In this document: positions 35,720 through 45,862 of the stretch, piece after piece
Layout: each line of letters opens with the position of its first letter
Position numbering within the stretch: the first letter of the stretch is position 1
Source: a virus
Taxonomy: Duplodnaviria; Heunggongvirae; Uroviricota; Caudoviricetes
Virus record (IMG/VR): IMGVR_UViG_3300003332_000015
Coordinates: 82,576 to 146,575 of that record
Direction: 5' to 3' (one strand)
DNA length: 64,000 bases
The notes under the pieces: generated by a model
Seen by the model: only the letters and a program-made list of their open reading frames with translations
The model's database searches: none
What the model was told of the DNA's origin: nothing
Translations under genes and position numbers: made by a program

Positions 35720-36385
35720 ATGAATTGTCCAATATGTGATAGTGGTTTAGAGAAAGGTGAAATGTTAAGATTTGAAACTTTATGTGATCATATTGAAGAC
35801 CCTAATAATGAAAGAGGATTACCTTTAAGACCTACTTATATATGTAAAAAAAGGACTTGTCCTCTTTCAGGTCAGATGCTTTTTTGGGATGAGTTTGGTG
35901 AAGTTTATATTAATAAATATGAAATATATATGGAACTTGAAAAACAGTTTAAGCATATAAGTAGTCAAAATATTTTAGAAGCACAAAACTCACCTGGAAG
36001 AAAATGGGCAATGGAAGGAACATACAGTGGTACTAAGTATAAGTTGTTTAGAATAGGAAATTATAAATGGGAAATACATAGACAACATACTTGTAATGAA
36101 AAAGGTCAAGTTGTAAAGTATAAATTTTTTATACAAACTTTTAAACATGATAGTCCTGGTTGGATTTATTATTCTGGTTTTTGGCATATACTTATACTCT
36201 GTATTAAACAGTTTAATAGAACTTTAAAAAATTGGAAAGAAGATCATAATGATCATGAGAAAAGAGAATTACTTTCAAACTTTAAAGATCTAACCGAAAG
36301 AGATAAAGAAGATAATTATAGAATAGTTTTTCATTGGTATGTAAATACATTTTATGAAGAACTAAAAGAGGAACTTTCAAAATGA
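35720..36385 (+). CDS. zinc-ribbon protein (hypothetical)
   Basis: Start MNCPICDSG...CDH after GGAG; track ORF begins further upstream. Confidence 0.45.
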   Translation: MNCPICDSGLEKGEMLRFETLCDHIEDPNNERGLPLRPTYICKKRTCPLSGQMLFWDEFGEVYINKYEIYMELEKQFKHISSQNILEAQNSPGRKWAMEGTYSGTKYKLFRIGNYKWEIHRQHTCNEKGQVVKYKFFIQTFKHDSPGWIYYSGFWHILILCIKQFNRTLKNWKEDHNDHEKRELLSNFKDLTERDKEDNYRIVFHWYVNTFYEELKEELSK

Positions 36386-37182
36386 TGACTAATATAATTG
36401 AGAAGGACAGTTGGTTGCCACCAATTGAGGATATCAATAACTCCGGTATTTTTCTAACTTCTCAATTTCTTTCTACTAATATAATACACAGACTTGGCAA
36501 AGTCTTAAAAGTTAAAACACTTCAGGAGTACAAAATGGAAAAGTATACATACCCTAATTTCCCTAAAGATTTAATAAAATCTCAATTACATTTAGATCGA
36601 TATATAAATTTTATTGATTCAAGACCAATAAGAATAAAAAAGTCAAAAGATCTTTATACAGAAAACCACCATAAAGTTCCAAGAGCTTTAAGAGGTTCAA
36701 ATTTAAAAGAAAATATGGTTTTACTTACTGGAAGAGAATACTTCATAGCTCATTTAATTCTATGGAAGGCTTATGGTGGTAAGATGGCTAATGCTTTTTG
36801 GATGATGAGTATTAGCCAAAACTATAATAAATTAACCTCAAAACAATATGCTTCTATAAAATATATAGTATCAGAAAAAATGCGAAAAATGAATCTAAAG
36901 AGAGATCATTCTCCAATGTTGGGAAGAAAACATTCAAAAGAAACTATTAAAAAATTATCTGAGTCTCACATTGGACAATCTCCAGGAAATAAAGGTCTAA
37001 AGTGTTCACAAGAGACTAAAAATAAAATATCAATTGCTCAAACAGGAAAAAAGTATTCAGAAGAAACTAAATTAAAAAAATCTAAATCAATGACTGGTAA
37101 AAAATGGACAGAGAAACAAAAGGAAGCACAAAGTAAAAGATTTAAAATTTGGTACGAAAAGAGGAAATTAAATGAACAATAA
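36382..37182 (+). CDS. HNH homing endonuclease with NUMOD3-like repeats
   Basis: ENHHKVPRAL...NMVLLTGREYFIAH HNH core followed by repeated GxKHSxETxxK units. Confidence 0.65.
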   Translation: MMTNIIEKDSWLPPIEDINNSGIFLTSQFLSTNIIHRLGKVLKVKTLQEYKMEKYTYPNFPKDLIKSQLHLDRYINFIDSRPIRIKKSKDLYTENHHKVPRALRGSNLKENMVLLTGREYFIAHLILWKAYGGKMANAFWMMSISQNYNKLTSKQYASIKYIVSEKMRKMNLKRDHSPMLGRKHSKETIKKLSESHIGQSPGNKGLKCSQETKNKISIAQTGKKYSEETKLKKSKSMTGKKWTEKQKEAQSKRFKIWYEKRKLNEQ

Positions 37183-37756
37183 TTGGTGGTTTTGTAGTGA
37201 TTTACATTTATCACATACATCTATTCTTAGAGGGTTTAGAGGAACAATTTTTAAAACTGTAGAAGATCATAATGAAACTATAGTAAATAATTTATTATCC
37301 ATTCCCAAAGGAAGTAATTTAGTCATAGCAGGTGACTTATTTTGGAAGTTTAATTCTAAACAAGTTGAAGAATTTTTTACTAAGTTCAAAAAAGCTGGTA
37401 TATCTATTTTTATAGTCTACGGAAATCATGATAAATTATCTTGGTTTAAATACTCAATAATTCGTTCACATGGTCATAGAAAAATTATGGCAGTGGAAGG
37501 TCAAAGCATTACTGTTGATCATTATCCTTTAGTAGTATATAATCAATCACATTACAATGCTTGGAATTTGTATGGTCATATTCATTATGAAGATGCTACT
37601 TGGACAAAAGCAAAAAAAGATCCATTAGGATTACGATTCTCTGGAAAGAAATTAAATATAAATATTGAGTTACATGATTTTAAACCTTTAAGTTTCGAAG
37701 AGATAAAAACTTATATGGATTCCAGAGAAAATAATTGGGATTTTATAAAAAAATAA
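37172..37756 (+). CDS. calcineurin-like metallophosphoesterase
   Basis: CSDLHLSH...GDLF...GNHD motifs. Confidence 0.65.
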   Translation: MNNNWWFCSDLHLSHTSILRGFRGTIFKTVEDHNETIVNNLLSIPKGSNLVIAGDLFWKFNSKQVEEFFTKFKKAGISIFIVYGNHDKLSWFKYSIIRSHGHRKIMAVEGQSITVDHYPLVVYNQSHYNAWNLYGHIHYEDATWTKAKKDPLGLRFSGKKLNINIELHDFKPLSFEEIKTYMDSRENNWDFIKK

Positions 37757-37768
37757 GGAAGGAAAAAG

Positions 37769-37984
37769 ATGACGGAAAAGAAAGAAGAAGAGAAAGGTAT
37801 GGTTGCTTCTATAGTAGAAGTGTTTAGAGATCAAATGAAAGAACTGGAACCTAAAGAGGCAACTGTTGCATTTGTAGTATTATCTATTATAGGAACTTTT
37901 GGTCTTATTGGATTTACTTCAGCAATTGCCAGTGGACTAGTAAAATTAGTTCAAGTAATCGGTACAGTAGCTTCTTCTATGTAG
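37769..37984 (+). CDS. small membrane protein
   Basis: 71 aa with a hydrophobic C-terminal half. Confidence 0.4.
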   Translation: MTEKKEEEKGMVASIVEVFRDQMKELEPKEATVAFVVLSIIGTFGLIGFTSAIASGLVKLVQVIGTVASSM

Positions 37985-37999
37985 AAATTTAAAATATTT

Positions 38000-38050
38000 T
38001 AAAAAATTATTTAAAAAAAGTTAAAAAGATATTATTATATTAATAAGTAA
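38000..38050 (+). promoter_or_regulatory. phage promoter motif
   Basis: ttttaaaaaattatttaaaaaaagttaaaaagatattattatattaataagtaa. Confidence 0.5.
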
Positions 38051-38194
38051 ACAGAAGGAGTCTAAAATGGGACTTGAAATGATTGTATTTATTATAGTTT
38101 TTGGTAGCATTACTTTAGGTAGTTTAATATCTATAGTATATATTATTATTAATAGTATTAGACAAAAGATAATATTTAAAAAAGGGGTTTTTAA

Positions 38195-38749
38195 ATGAGT
38201 GTATACCCTATATATTCTATAGATGAAAAAGAAACTCTAAGCACTATGTTTAACCTTTTTCCTAAAGTAGGAAAAGAATTTACTGTCCCTGAAACTAAAG
38301 AAAAATATATCATTAGAGAAAATAATATAAATGAAGTTACTGTTAATATAAGATCTTGGGTTGGTAATGGTGGTGATCATTTAAACTGTTCTATAGATTA
38401 CTCCCCAGTTTATGTAAGTAGTGCAGATAACAAATATAGTAGAATTTCTGGTTATCTTGGGGGTCTTGATATAAATACTTCTTTACAAATAAATTTAGAA
38501 AGATTAGTTACACAAAAAGATTTAGATAATAGATATCAAAATTGGGGTAGTTATCATATAGGGAGTACAACTACTAGATATAATTCTATTGATGATTTAG
38601 CTTATGATCTAGAGGTTGTATTAATAAAATATTTTCCTAAAAATATAATAATTAATTATAGAGGTAATGAAACTCATACTGTTAAGTCTGTTTTAAAATT
38701 AAGAAATATAATATTAAAAGATTGGGAGCCTTATGATGAAGAAGAATAA
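38195..38749 (+). CDS. hypothetical protein
   Basis: ORF after a promoter motif. Confidence 0.45.
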   Translation: MSVYPIYSIDEKETLSTMFNLFPKVGKEFTVPETKEKYIIRENNINEVTVNIRSWVGNGGDHLNCSIDYSPVYVSSADNKYSRISGYLGGLDINTSLQINLERLVTQKDLDNRYQNWGSYHIGSTTTRYNSIDDLAYDLEVVLIKYFPKNIIINYRGNETHTVKSVLKLRNIILKDWEPYDEEE

Positions 38750-39206
38750 AAAACCCATTGAACTAGATCGTTGGGAATCACAATTAATATGGTATGCTAA
38801 AGGTTGGTTGGAGGATGATGAAAAAAATCCAATTGATATAACAATGGAAAAAGCTCTTAAAAATCTTTGGGGTAATCGTTGTGGTTTACTTTCAGAACAT
38901 GTACATATAAGTTATGTAGCTCGCCCTCTTTTAAAATTGTTAATAAAATTAAACTTATTTAGTAATTTAGATCATGCTTTATCAGAAATGATAGAAGGAA
39001 TGGACCCTCAAAATAAATGGAGTAGAGATCCTAATTATACAGATAGTGATAGTTACTATCTTCGTATATGTTGGGTTTGTTTATATACTTTTTTAAGTAA
39101 TATACAAGTATATAATAGTACTGATCAAACAGATCCAAGATTCATTATGTTACCTTTTGAACCACACCTTTTTATGAAAGCTGAATATGATAAAGAAGAA
39201 AATTAA
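38733..39206 (+). CDS. hypothetical protein
   Basis: ORF overlapping the previous stop. Confidence 0.45.
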   Translation: MMKKNKKPIELDRWESQLIWYAKGWLEDDEKNPIDITMEKALKNLWGNRCGLLSEHVHISYVARPLLKLLIKLNLFSNLDHALSEMIEGMDPQNKWSRDPNYTDSDSYYLRICWVCLYTFLSNIQVYNSTDQTDPRFIMLPFEPHLFMKAEYDKEEN

Positions 39207-39257
39207 AATAAAAAAATTTAAAAAAACTTAAATTTTTATTATTATATTAATGTAAGT
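39205..39257 (+). promoter_or_regulatory. phage promoter motif
   Basis: aaaaaaatttaaaaaaacttaaatttttattattatattaatgtaagt; near-identical to the 20530 copy. Confidence 0.55.
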
Positions 39258-39275
39258 TGAACGGGAGGAAATAAA

Positions 39276-39494
39276 ATGACTTGGAAGTTCATAGCAATAG
39301 TCGCCTTTATTATTATAGCTTGGAAAGTAGTAAGATGGGGTATTCGAGAATGGAGAAAGGAGGATCAAAAAGAATTAGATGAGAAGCTAAAAGATTTTGA
39401 TACAGAAAGTGAAATGGTAATAAAGTCATCGTATGTTGACTTAGACGAGGTTAAAGAAAACAAAGAACGCCTAGAAAAAATAAAAAATAGCTAA
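39276..39494 (+). CDS. small membrane protein
   Basis: N-terminal TM helix. Confidence 0.4.
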   Translation: MTWKFIAIVAFIIIAWKVVRWGIREWRKEDQKELDEKLKDFDTESEMVIKSSYVDLDEVKENKERLEKIKNS

Positions 39495-39506
39495 TAGGAG
39501 AAATGA

Positions 39507-40736
39507 ATGAAGATTCGTAAAATGGGAATCATTATATTTGTTGGGCTGATACTTATTGTATTGGCGATGATGATGGGAAACATTGTAGAAACTGTTGATG
39601 GTGGTGAAATACATGTTAAGCAGGGTGCTGTTTCTGGAGACTTTACAGTAATTGTAGATGAAGGTTTATATATGCAGATGTTTGGTAAGATAACTACTTA
39701 TCAAAGAATGTATAGAACATATTTATCTGATGACGATCTTGACGGTGGTAAAGGTGCTGAAACCAGTAGTATTAATGTAAGATTTGGTGATGGTGGAACA
39801 GCAGATATATCTTCAGTAACAGAATGGAGACTTCCTTTAACAACTGAGGCTATGGTTAAAATTAAAAGAAATTATACTTCTTCAGCAATGATAGCTGATC
39901 AAGCTAGACAGTGGGTTATTGAAGTTGAAAAGCAAGTTGCTTCAACGTTTAAAGCTGATGAAACTTATAGCACAAGACGTGGAGAATTTTCACAGTTAAT
40001 AACTGAACAGATTATTAATGGTTTATATAAAACTGAAGCTGTACAAATTGAAATGCCAACCAATGAAGTTGATGATGATGGTAATCCTATTATGGGAACG
40101 TCTACTATTGTAAGAGTAAAACTTGATGATGATGGAGAACCAATTATTGTAAAAATTGGAACATTCCGTGAGTATGGTTTAACACTTGTAGATCATAAGT
40201 TAAAAGACATTGATTATGATGATACTATTGATAAGTTAATATCTCAGAAAAAAGAAGCTGAACAGCAAAGAGTTGTAGCTATTACAAATGCTGAAAAAGC
40301 AAAACAGGATGCTATAACAGCTGAAGAAACTGGAAAGGCAAGAGTTGCACAAGCACGTGCTGATGAAGAAGTTGCAAAGATTACTGCTGTAACAAGAGCT
40401 GAAAAAGATAAAGCTGTAGCTGAACTTAAAGGTAATCAGGAACTTGAAGTTGCAAGACTTGATAAGTTAGCAGCAGGGGAAGCTGCTTCTGCTAGGCTTA
40501 TTACTGAGAAAGCTGAAGCAGACGCAAATAAGTTAAAAGTATCTGCTGGTCTTACACCACAGCAAGCAGCTGAATGGGACTATAAGATTGCAGATGTTGT
40601 ATCAAAGAACCTTGCAAGTGTTGATCTTCCTGACATGATGATATTTGGTGGAGGAGAAGGGTCTCCTATGAATCCTTGGGATGCAGTTGGACTTGAGTCT
40701 TTTATGAATATTGCAGATCAAATTACAAATAAATAA
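39507..40736 (+). CDS. SPFH/band-7-like membrane protein with Ala/Glu/Lys-rich coiled-coil tail
   Basis: N-terminal TM then a VDGGEIHVKQG...GLY region like SPFH domains; long charged coiled coil. Confidence 0.5.
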   Translation: MKIRKMGIIIFVGLILIVLAMMMGNIVETVDGGEIHVKQGAVSGDFTVIVDEGLYMQMFGKITTYQRMYRTYLSDDDLDGGKGAETSSINVRFGDGGTADISSVTEWRLPLTTEAMVKIKRNYTSSAMIADQARQWVIEVEKQVASTFKADETYSTRRGEFSQLITEQIINGLYKTEAVQIEMPTNEVDDDGNPIMGTSTIVRVKLDDDGEPIIVKIGTFREYGLTLVDHKLKDIDYDDTIDKLISQKKEAEQQRVVAITNAEKAKQDAITAEETGKARVAQARADEEVAKITAVTRAEKDKAVAELKGNQELEVARLDKLAAGEAASARLITEKAEADANKLKVSAGLTPQQAAEWDYKIADVVSKNLASVDLPDMMIFGGGEGSPMNPWDAVGLESFMNIADQITNK

Positions 40737-40752
40737 GTATATATAGAACATA

Positions 40753-40787
40753 AAGGCAGGAGGATTGTCTTCCTGCCTCTTTTTTAA
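40753..40787 (+). terminator. rho-independent terminator after the SPFH gene
   Basis: aggcagga...tcctgcct stem followed by cttttttaa. Confidence 0.7.
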
Positions 40788-40869
40788 TACTGTTTTTATT
40801 AAGGACAGTAGTAATGAAGAAGTTACTAATTTTATAACAGACATTATTTTTTAAAGGAGTTTTTTATCA

Positions 40870-41604
40870 ATGGGTAGAGAAGAAAAAAAAGCTTTTAGAA
40901 ATGAGTACGACAAAAATCTTATAGCAAAATATAATAGACTACAAGAAGTTAGAAGTCTAATTTATGCTTTAGGGTGGGAAACATTAGATGTTCCTATACG
41001 TTATGGGTATGAAAGTTATTTTGTTTTAAGAGCTGATTTTCAAAAAAGTAAAAAAGCTAAATTTTATCAATCTTTACTTGATACAGTTAATAAAACAATT
41101 ACATGTCGTAATAGTTCTTTTACTTATGTTCCTTGTACTAATAAACATGTTAATCTACCTATGGAACATGAATTAGGTTACTGTAGTATAAAAACTTTTG
41201 AGACATTAAATGAAGACCAACAAAAATACTATTATACTTATTACAGAAGAACATGGAAAGGACTTCTTTACATTGCTGGGTATAGACTTATTGATACTTA
41301 TATGTTTGTTCCTAAAGTCTTCCCACATTATATATATAAGGTAAAAATTACAGACGAAACATTAGAAAAGGAAAGAGATGAAATAGATCATTACATTGAA
41401 AGTAATAATCTTTGGCCACGTATTTGGAGATATTTTGGTACAAAAGCAGGTTATAAACACGATCCTTGGTATCGAGAATCAAAAGCACAAAGAATAAAAG
41501 GTGTTATAGAGGAATACGAAAAAGAAAAACAAGAAGAAAATGAATATTGGGAAATTTATTTTTCTATGTTTGACGATGATTACGATTGTAATTGGGAGAT
41601 ATAA
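40870..41604 (+). CDS. hypothetical protein
   Basis: 244-aa ORF. Confidence 0.45.
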   Translation: MGREEKKAFRNEYDKNLIAKYNRLQEVRSLIYALGWETLDVPIRYGYESYFVLRADFQKSKKAKFYQSLLDTVNKTITCRNSSFTYVPCTNKHVNLPMEHELGYCSIKTFETLNEDQQKYYYTYYRRTWKGLLYIAGYRLIDTYMFVPKVFPHYIYKVKITDETLEKERDEIDHYIESNNLWPRIWRYFGTKAGYKHDPWYRESKAQRIKGVIEEYEKEKQEENEYWEIYFSMFDDDYDCNWEI

Positions 41605-41797
41605 TATGTTTGTATGTTCAAATTGTTCAAATTCAGAAAATCTTTTTTTAGTTATTGATGAAGAAAAAAGAATTGAGACTACAATTGTAGAAGAAATATT
41701 ACTTTGTCCTAAGTGTCTTGAAGAAATGAATAATAATGTACAGGATATGTATGAAAATAATCAGGATATGTATGAAAATAATCAGGAGATGTTATAA
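41605..41797 (+). CDS. small zinc-ribbon protein
   Basis: CSNC...CPKC. Confidence 0.35.
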
Positions 41798-42388
41798 ATG
41801 AAAATTACACAAGAGATGACAGAACATTTTAATACTAGAACTAACTTACATATTAATTTAGTTAAGAAATGGTATGAAAAAATATATCAATATTACAAGA
41901 ATACATTGTATAAAGATGGTACTTTAAAACGTATTCATATAAATAATCATGATTTCTGTAAATTTGAGTTACCTGAATATACACCTTATGTTTATCTTAC
42001 ATGGAAATATTATTGCAAAGATAATAATATAGAGTTAAACTTATCTGAAGAAATAGAAAATTCTATACATAAAGCAACATTACACCATATACAAAATAAT
42101 GCACATCATCCTGAATATTGGGATTTAGAATTTGATAATAATAAATTAAGTAAAAAGGATAGAGACGAAATACCTGAAGTAATGGTTAATGCAACAGAGA
42201 TGTCATTAAGTCATTTAGCAGAAATGCTAGCTGACTGGCTTGCAATGTCTGAGGAAAAAGAAACAGATGTTATTGAATGGGCTGATAAAAATGTTAATAA
42301 AAGATGGAAGTTTACTCAGGGACAAGTGGACTTTATATATAAAACTCTAAACAAAGTAAGTAAGGGACCAACACTATGGTCAAGATAA
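41798..42388 (+). CDS. hypothetical protein (His-rich, possible HD-like)
   Basis: ATLHHIQNNAHHPEY; weak. Confidence 0.4.
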   Translation: MKITQEMTEHFNTRTNLHINLVKKWYEKIYQYYKNTLYKDGTLKRIHINNHDFCKFELPEYTPYVYLTWKYYCKDNNIELNLSEEIENSIHKATLHHIQNNAHHPEYWDLEFDNNKLSKKDRDEIPEVMVNATEMSLSHLAEMLADWLAMSEEKETDVIEWADKNVNKRWKFTQGQVDFIYKTLNKVSKGPTLWSR

Positions 42389-42924
42389 TATTTTTAGACA
42401 TTGATGGTGTTCTTAATTCAGAAGAGTTTCATAAATCTGAAATAGGAGATCATATAAGAATGGTTGCTCATGCAAACTATATTAATAAAGAGTCACAAGG
42501 GAATGTATTATCCGATAAAGACATTTATATTGACCATATTGACCCAAGAGCGGTAAAACATTTACAGGAGATTATAGATAAAACAGATGCTAAAATAGTT
42601 TTATCTTCTACTTGGAGAAAAGGTCGAACATATACAGCATTACTTGAAATATTAAAAGAGTTAAATTTTACAGGTAAAATAATAGATGTAACAGGTACAG
42701 GGTGTAATGAATGTTACAGAGGAAATGAAATATATACTTGGATTAAAAATAATGAAAAACTTCTTGGTTATAATTATTCAGATTATAAAAACTATGTAAT
42801 TATTGATGGTGATGGTGATATGCTATGGTGGCAAAGAAATAATTTTATAAAAACAAGTTGGAAAACTGGTTTGGAAAGGAAACATATAGTTCAGTCAATT
42901 AAGATTCTTAATCAAGGAGACTAA
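42376..42924 (+). CDS. HAD-superfamily hydrolase-like protein
   Basis: N-terminal IIFLDIDGVLNS (DxDG motif I). Confidence 0.5.
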   Translation: MVKIIFLDIDGVLNSEEFHKSEIGDHIRMVAHANYINKESQGNVLSDKDIYIDHIDPRAVKHLQEIIDKTDAKIVLSSTWRKGRTYTALLEILKELNFTGKIIDVTGTGCNECYRGNEIYTWIKNNEKLLGYNYSDYKNYVIIDGDGDMLWWQRNNFIKTSWKTGLERKHIVQSIKILNQGD

Positions 42925-42925
42925 A

Positions 42926-43108
42926 ATGGGAGACATTTATAATCCATACTATGCTGATGATGAAACAGGTTATTTTTCTTCAGTAACAGATTATATAAGA
43001 ATACCTATACATAAACCTAGAAAAATAAAGGTGGGTTCACGTATTCTACTACATAAGAAACGGTCTAAGAAGAAATATTATTGTAATTGTAACTCAACAA
43101 TATTATGA
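42926..43108 (+). CDS. small hypothetical protein
   Basis: 60 aa. Confidence 0.3.
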   Translation: MGDIYNPYYADDETGYFSSVTDYIRIPIHKPRKIKVGSRILLHKKRSKKKYYCNCNSTIL

Positions 43109-43347
43109 GATGCCCGTGGTTAAATGGAAAGGAAAAAATAAAGATGACAAAAGAACAAATTGATTTAATAGTAGCAAATGCTGAGTATAACAGAATACAG
43201 TATCCTCATTGGAGACAAGGCCAAGCTATTTTTAATTCAGCATTTAACCTTTTTCCTTATGAAGCAAATCAATTACGTGCAACTCCTCATGATTGTTTTT
43301 ATGATAATGATTTAATAGATGAGTTTTTAAGTAACTTAGGGAGATAA
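43105..43347 (+). CDS. small hypothetical protein
   Basis: 80 aa. Confidence 0.35.
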   Translation: MRCPWLNGKEKIKMTKEQIDLIVANAEYNRIQYPHWRQGQAIFNSAFNLFPYEANQLRATPHDCFYDNDLIDEFLSNLGR

Positions 43348-43351
43348 AATA

Positions 43352-43675
43352 ATGAATAAGGAAAATTTTGTTAAAATAATAAATGCTATAAAAGAACAAA
43401 GAGAAATTGATCGTAAAGCTACTGAAGCTTTAGACTCCATATTTATAGATGTGATTGGAGGTTTCTACGATAATGAAACTTTATTTTCAGTTATTGAAAA
43501 TTATTTAGTAGAGCATTTTAAAGATGAGAGTGGTTGGATAGAATATTTTATTTATGATCTTGATTTCGGGAAAGATTGGAAAGAGGATAGTTGTTCTGAA
43601 GAGGATGGAACAATAATTGATATATCAACAATAGAAAAACTGTATGATTTTTTGGTATTAAACAATGGAAGATAA
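43352..43675 (+). CDS. hypothetical protein
   Basis: 107 aa. Confidence 0.4.
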   Translation: MNKENFVKIINAIKEQREIDRKATEALDSIFIDVIGGFYDNETLFSVIENYLVEHFKDESGWIEYFIYDLDFGKDWKEDSCSEEDGTIIDISTIEKLYDFLVLNNGR

Positions 43676-43892
43676 AATAATTGAATTACAAACAGAAAGG
43701 TTAATAGGAGAAAACTTATCTTCTATAGCTGTTGAATATTTACATGAGATTGATAAACCAAGTAAACCAATGCTTGCATATGGTGTTATAGAAGAAACTA
43801 CAGAAACATTAATTGTAGTAGTTAAAAAACCAGCTATTCCAATTGTTATGCAATTTATAAATACATTAAACCAACAAGGAATTCCAACATGA
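43665..43892 (+). CDS. small hypothetical protein
   Basis: 75 aa. Confidence 0.35.
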   Translation: MEDKIIELQTERLIGENLSSIAVEYLHEIDKPSKPMLAYGVIEETTETLIVVVKKPAIPIVMQFINTLNQQGIPT

Positions 43893-44140
43893 TGACAGAA
43901 ATAACTTGGGAAGAATTTAGGAAATCAGGATTACTTTTATTAGTAAATCAATTCTTACATATTTTTGGATTAGCGATTGTAGTTTATATGGAGTATGACA
44001 AAGTTATTCGTACATACCCCGCTAGAGTGAAATTCAGAGGATTTGCTGGGAAATCTTTAGATAAGGCTTATATAAATATTTCTAAATATATGAAAGAACA
44101 TGGTAAAGAACTGTATGATGAGGTGATAGAAAATGAGTGA
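43889..44140 (+). CDS. small membrane protein
   Basis: 83 aa with a hydrophobic segment. Confidence 0.35.
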   Translation: MMTEITWEEFRKSGLLLLVNQFLHIFGLAIVVYMEYDKVIRTYPARVKFRGFAGKSLDKAYINISKYMKEHGKELYDEVIENE

Positions 44141-45269
44141 TAGAAAATTAGCAAGCATTGAAAAAATAATATCTTTAGAACCAATTAAAGGTAAAGATAG
44201 GATTGAATTGGCAACAATATTAGGTTGGCACTGTATAGTAGGTAAAGAGGAATTTAAAGTAGGAGATTATGTTGTTTATTGTCAATATGACACCTTACTT
44301 CCAATCAAACCTGAGTTTGAGTTTCTTAGAAATAGGTGTTATAGTAAGAAATTTGATGGAATGAGAATTCGGAATATGAAAATGGCTGGAGTTTATTCGG
44401 AAGGAATTGTATTTAAAGTTAAAGATATTAAAGATTTAGATGCTTTAAGCGAAAAACAGTTATATGAAGGAAAAGATGTATCTGAAATCATAGGTGTACA
44501 AAAATATGACATCGAATCTCTAGAGGAAGTGGAAAAAGCTAAGGTAAGTAGGAATCCTATAATTAAGTATCTAATGAGATATAAATGGTTTAGAAAATGG
44601 ATAGGTAATAGAAAACCAAAATATGGATATCCTGAAGGTGTTCATAAAGCTAATGAAACAAATATTCAAGTAATATTTAATCGTTTAAAGGATAAAGATT
44701 TACTTTATTATAAATCCGAAAAACTTGAAGGTCAAGCTTGTACTTATCTTGTAACGAATAAAGGTAGATTTATGGTGTTTTCCCATAATGTAGGACTACC
44801 CAAATCAAATAATAATTGGTGGAGAATAGCTGAAAAGTTCAATATTGAAAGAAAAATTAAAAACTTTATGAAACTATATGATGTAAATGAAATGTATATA
44901 GGTGGTGAGATTATAGGACCAGGAATTCAAAGAAATATTTATGGTTTAAATGACTTAGATATGTATATTTATAATATTATATCTTTAGATAATAATAGAG
45001 TAGAAAATAAAATATTTGGTTTAAATGATATGAGATTATTCTGTAATGTTACAGGATTAAAAATGGTTCCTGTACTTGAAGAAAATGTTAAATTACTTGA
45101 ATCATCAGACGCTATACTAGAGGATTGTGAAGGTGAATCTATTTTTAATTCTTCTGTTAAAGGTTTAAGAGAAGGAATTATCTGGCGATCAAATTGTGGT
45201 AAATATGGTTTTAAAGCAAAATCTAAAAAATATCAAGATTTGTGGAATAAAAAGGAGAAAACAGAATGA
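44133..45269 (+). CDS. ATP-dependent polynucleotide ligase-like protein (KxDGxR motif)
   Basis: SKKFDGMRIR (KxDGxR) and SEGIVFK (EGxVxK-like); family assignment uncertain. Confidence 0.4.
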   Translation: MSDRKLASIEKIISLEPIKGKDRIELATILGWHCIVGKEEFKVGDYVVYCQYDTLLPIKPEFEFLRNRCYSKKFDGMRIRNMKMAGVYSEGIVFKVKDIKDLDALSEKQLYEGKDVSEIIGVQKYDIESLEEVEKAKVSRNPIIKYLMRYKWFRKWIGNRKPKYGYPEGVHKANETNIQVIFNRLKDKDLLYYKSEKLEGQACTYLVTNKGRFMVFSHNVGLPKSNNNWWRIAEKFNIERKIKNFMKLYDVNEMYIGGEIIGPGIQRNIYGLNDLDMYIYNIISLDNNRVENKIFGLNDMRLFCNVTGLKMVPVLEENVKLLESSDAILEDCEGESIFNSSVKGLREGIIWRSNCGKYGFKAKSKKYQDLWNKKEKTE

Positions 45270-45430
45270 GTAATGTTTATTGTACAGTATGTGGAAGTGA
45301 CTTTGTAAGATATAGATCAGATGGAAAAGTAGTATGTATGGATTGTCACTTTCACGGAAAACCGTCAAGATTTAAATGGATTGCTGAATTATTCTTTATG
45401 TTAAAGATTGGTAAGAAGAATGAAAATTAA
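45266..45430 (+). CDS. small zinc-ribbon protein (54 aa)
   Basis: CTVCGS...CMDCHFHG; ATGA overlap with the upstream stop; not in the track (<60 aa). Confidence 0.3.
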   Translation: MSNVYCTVCGSDFVRYRSDGKVVCMDCHFHGKPSRFKWIAELFFMLKIGKKNEN

Positions 45431-45596
45431 AATATTGGAATCTCAATCTTTTTATAATACTACGAATGCTTCCTCTGTATTGGAAACCGATATAAATAAA
45501 TGGTTATAGTATCATAGTGAAATTACTGTCTTTAAGATTGAGTCGACAACAATAAATAGTCATATTATAACAAGAGTTTGGTATGAGGAGTAAATT

Positions 45597-45857
45597 ATGA
45601 ATGTTAAAATTAAAGTTAGAATTGAAACAGATAAAATTAATGTTGAGTTAACTGAAGAGGAAGCACGATCATTATATAATCAATTGAAAGAATTCTTTGA
45701 ACAGGAGAAAACAGTTTATGTTCCCTATCAAATTCCTCTTTTCCCACTTGAACATATAATTAATCCTCCTTTATATATAAATGATTCTCCACCATATAAA
45801 ACAGGACATATTCCTAATGTAGTAATTACCTGTTCTTCAAGTAAAGAGGGTGAATAA
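45597..45857 (+). CDS. hypothetical protein
   Basis: 86 aa with RBS GGAG. Confidence 0.4.
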   Translation: MNVKIKVRIETDKINVELTEEEARSLYNQLKEFFEQEKTVYVPYQIPLFPLEHIINPPLYINDSPPYKTGHIPNVVITCSSSKEGE

Positions 45858-45862
45858 ACAAA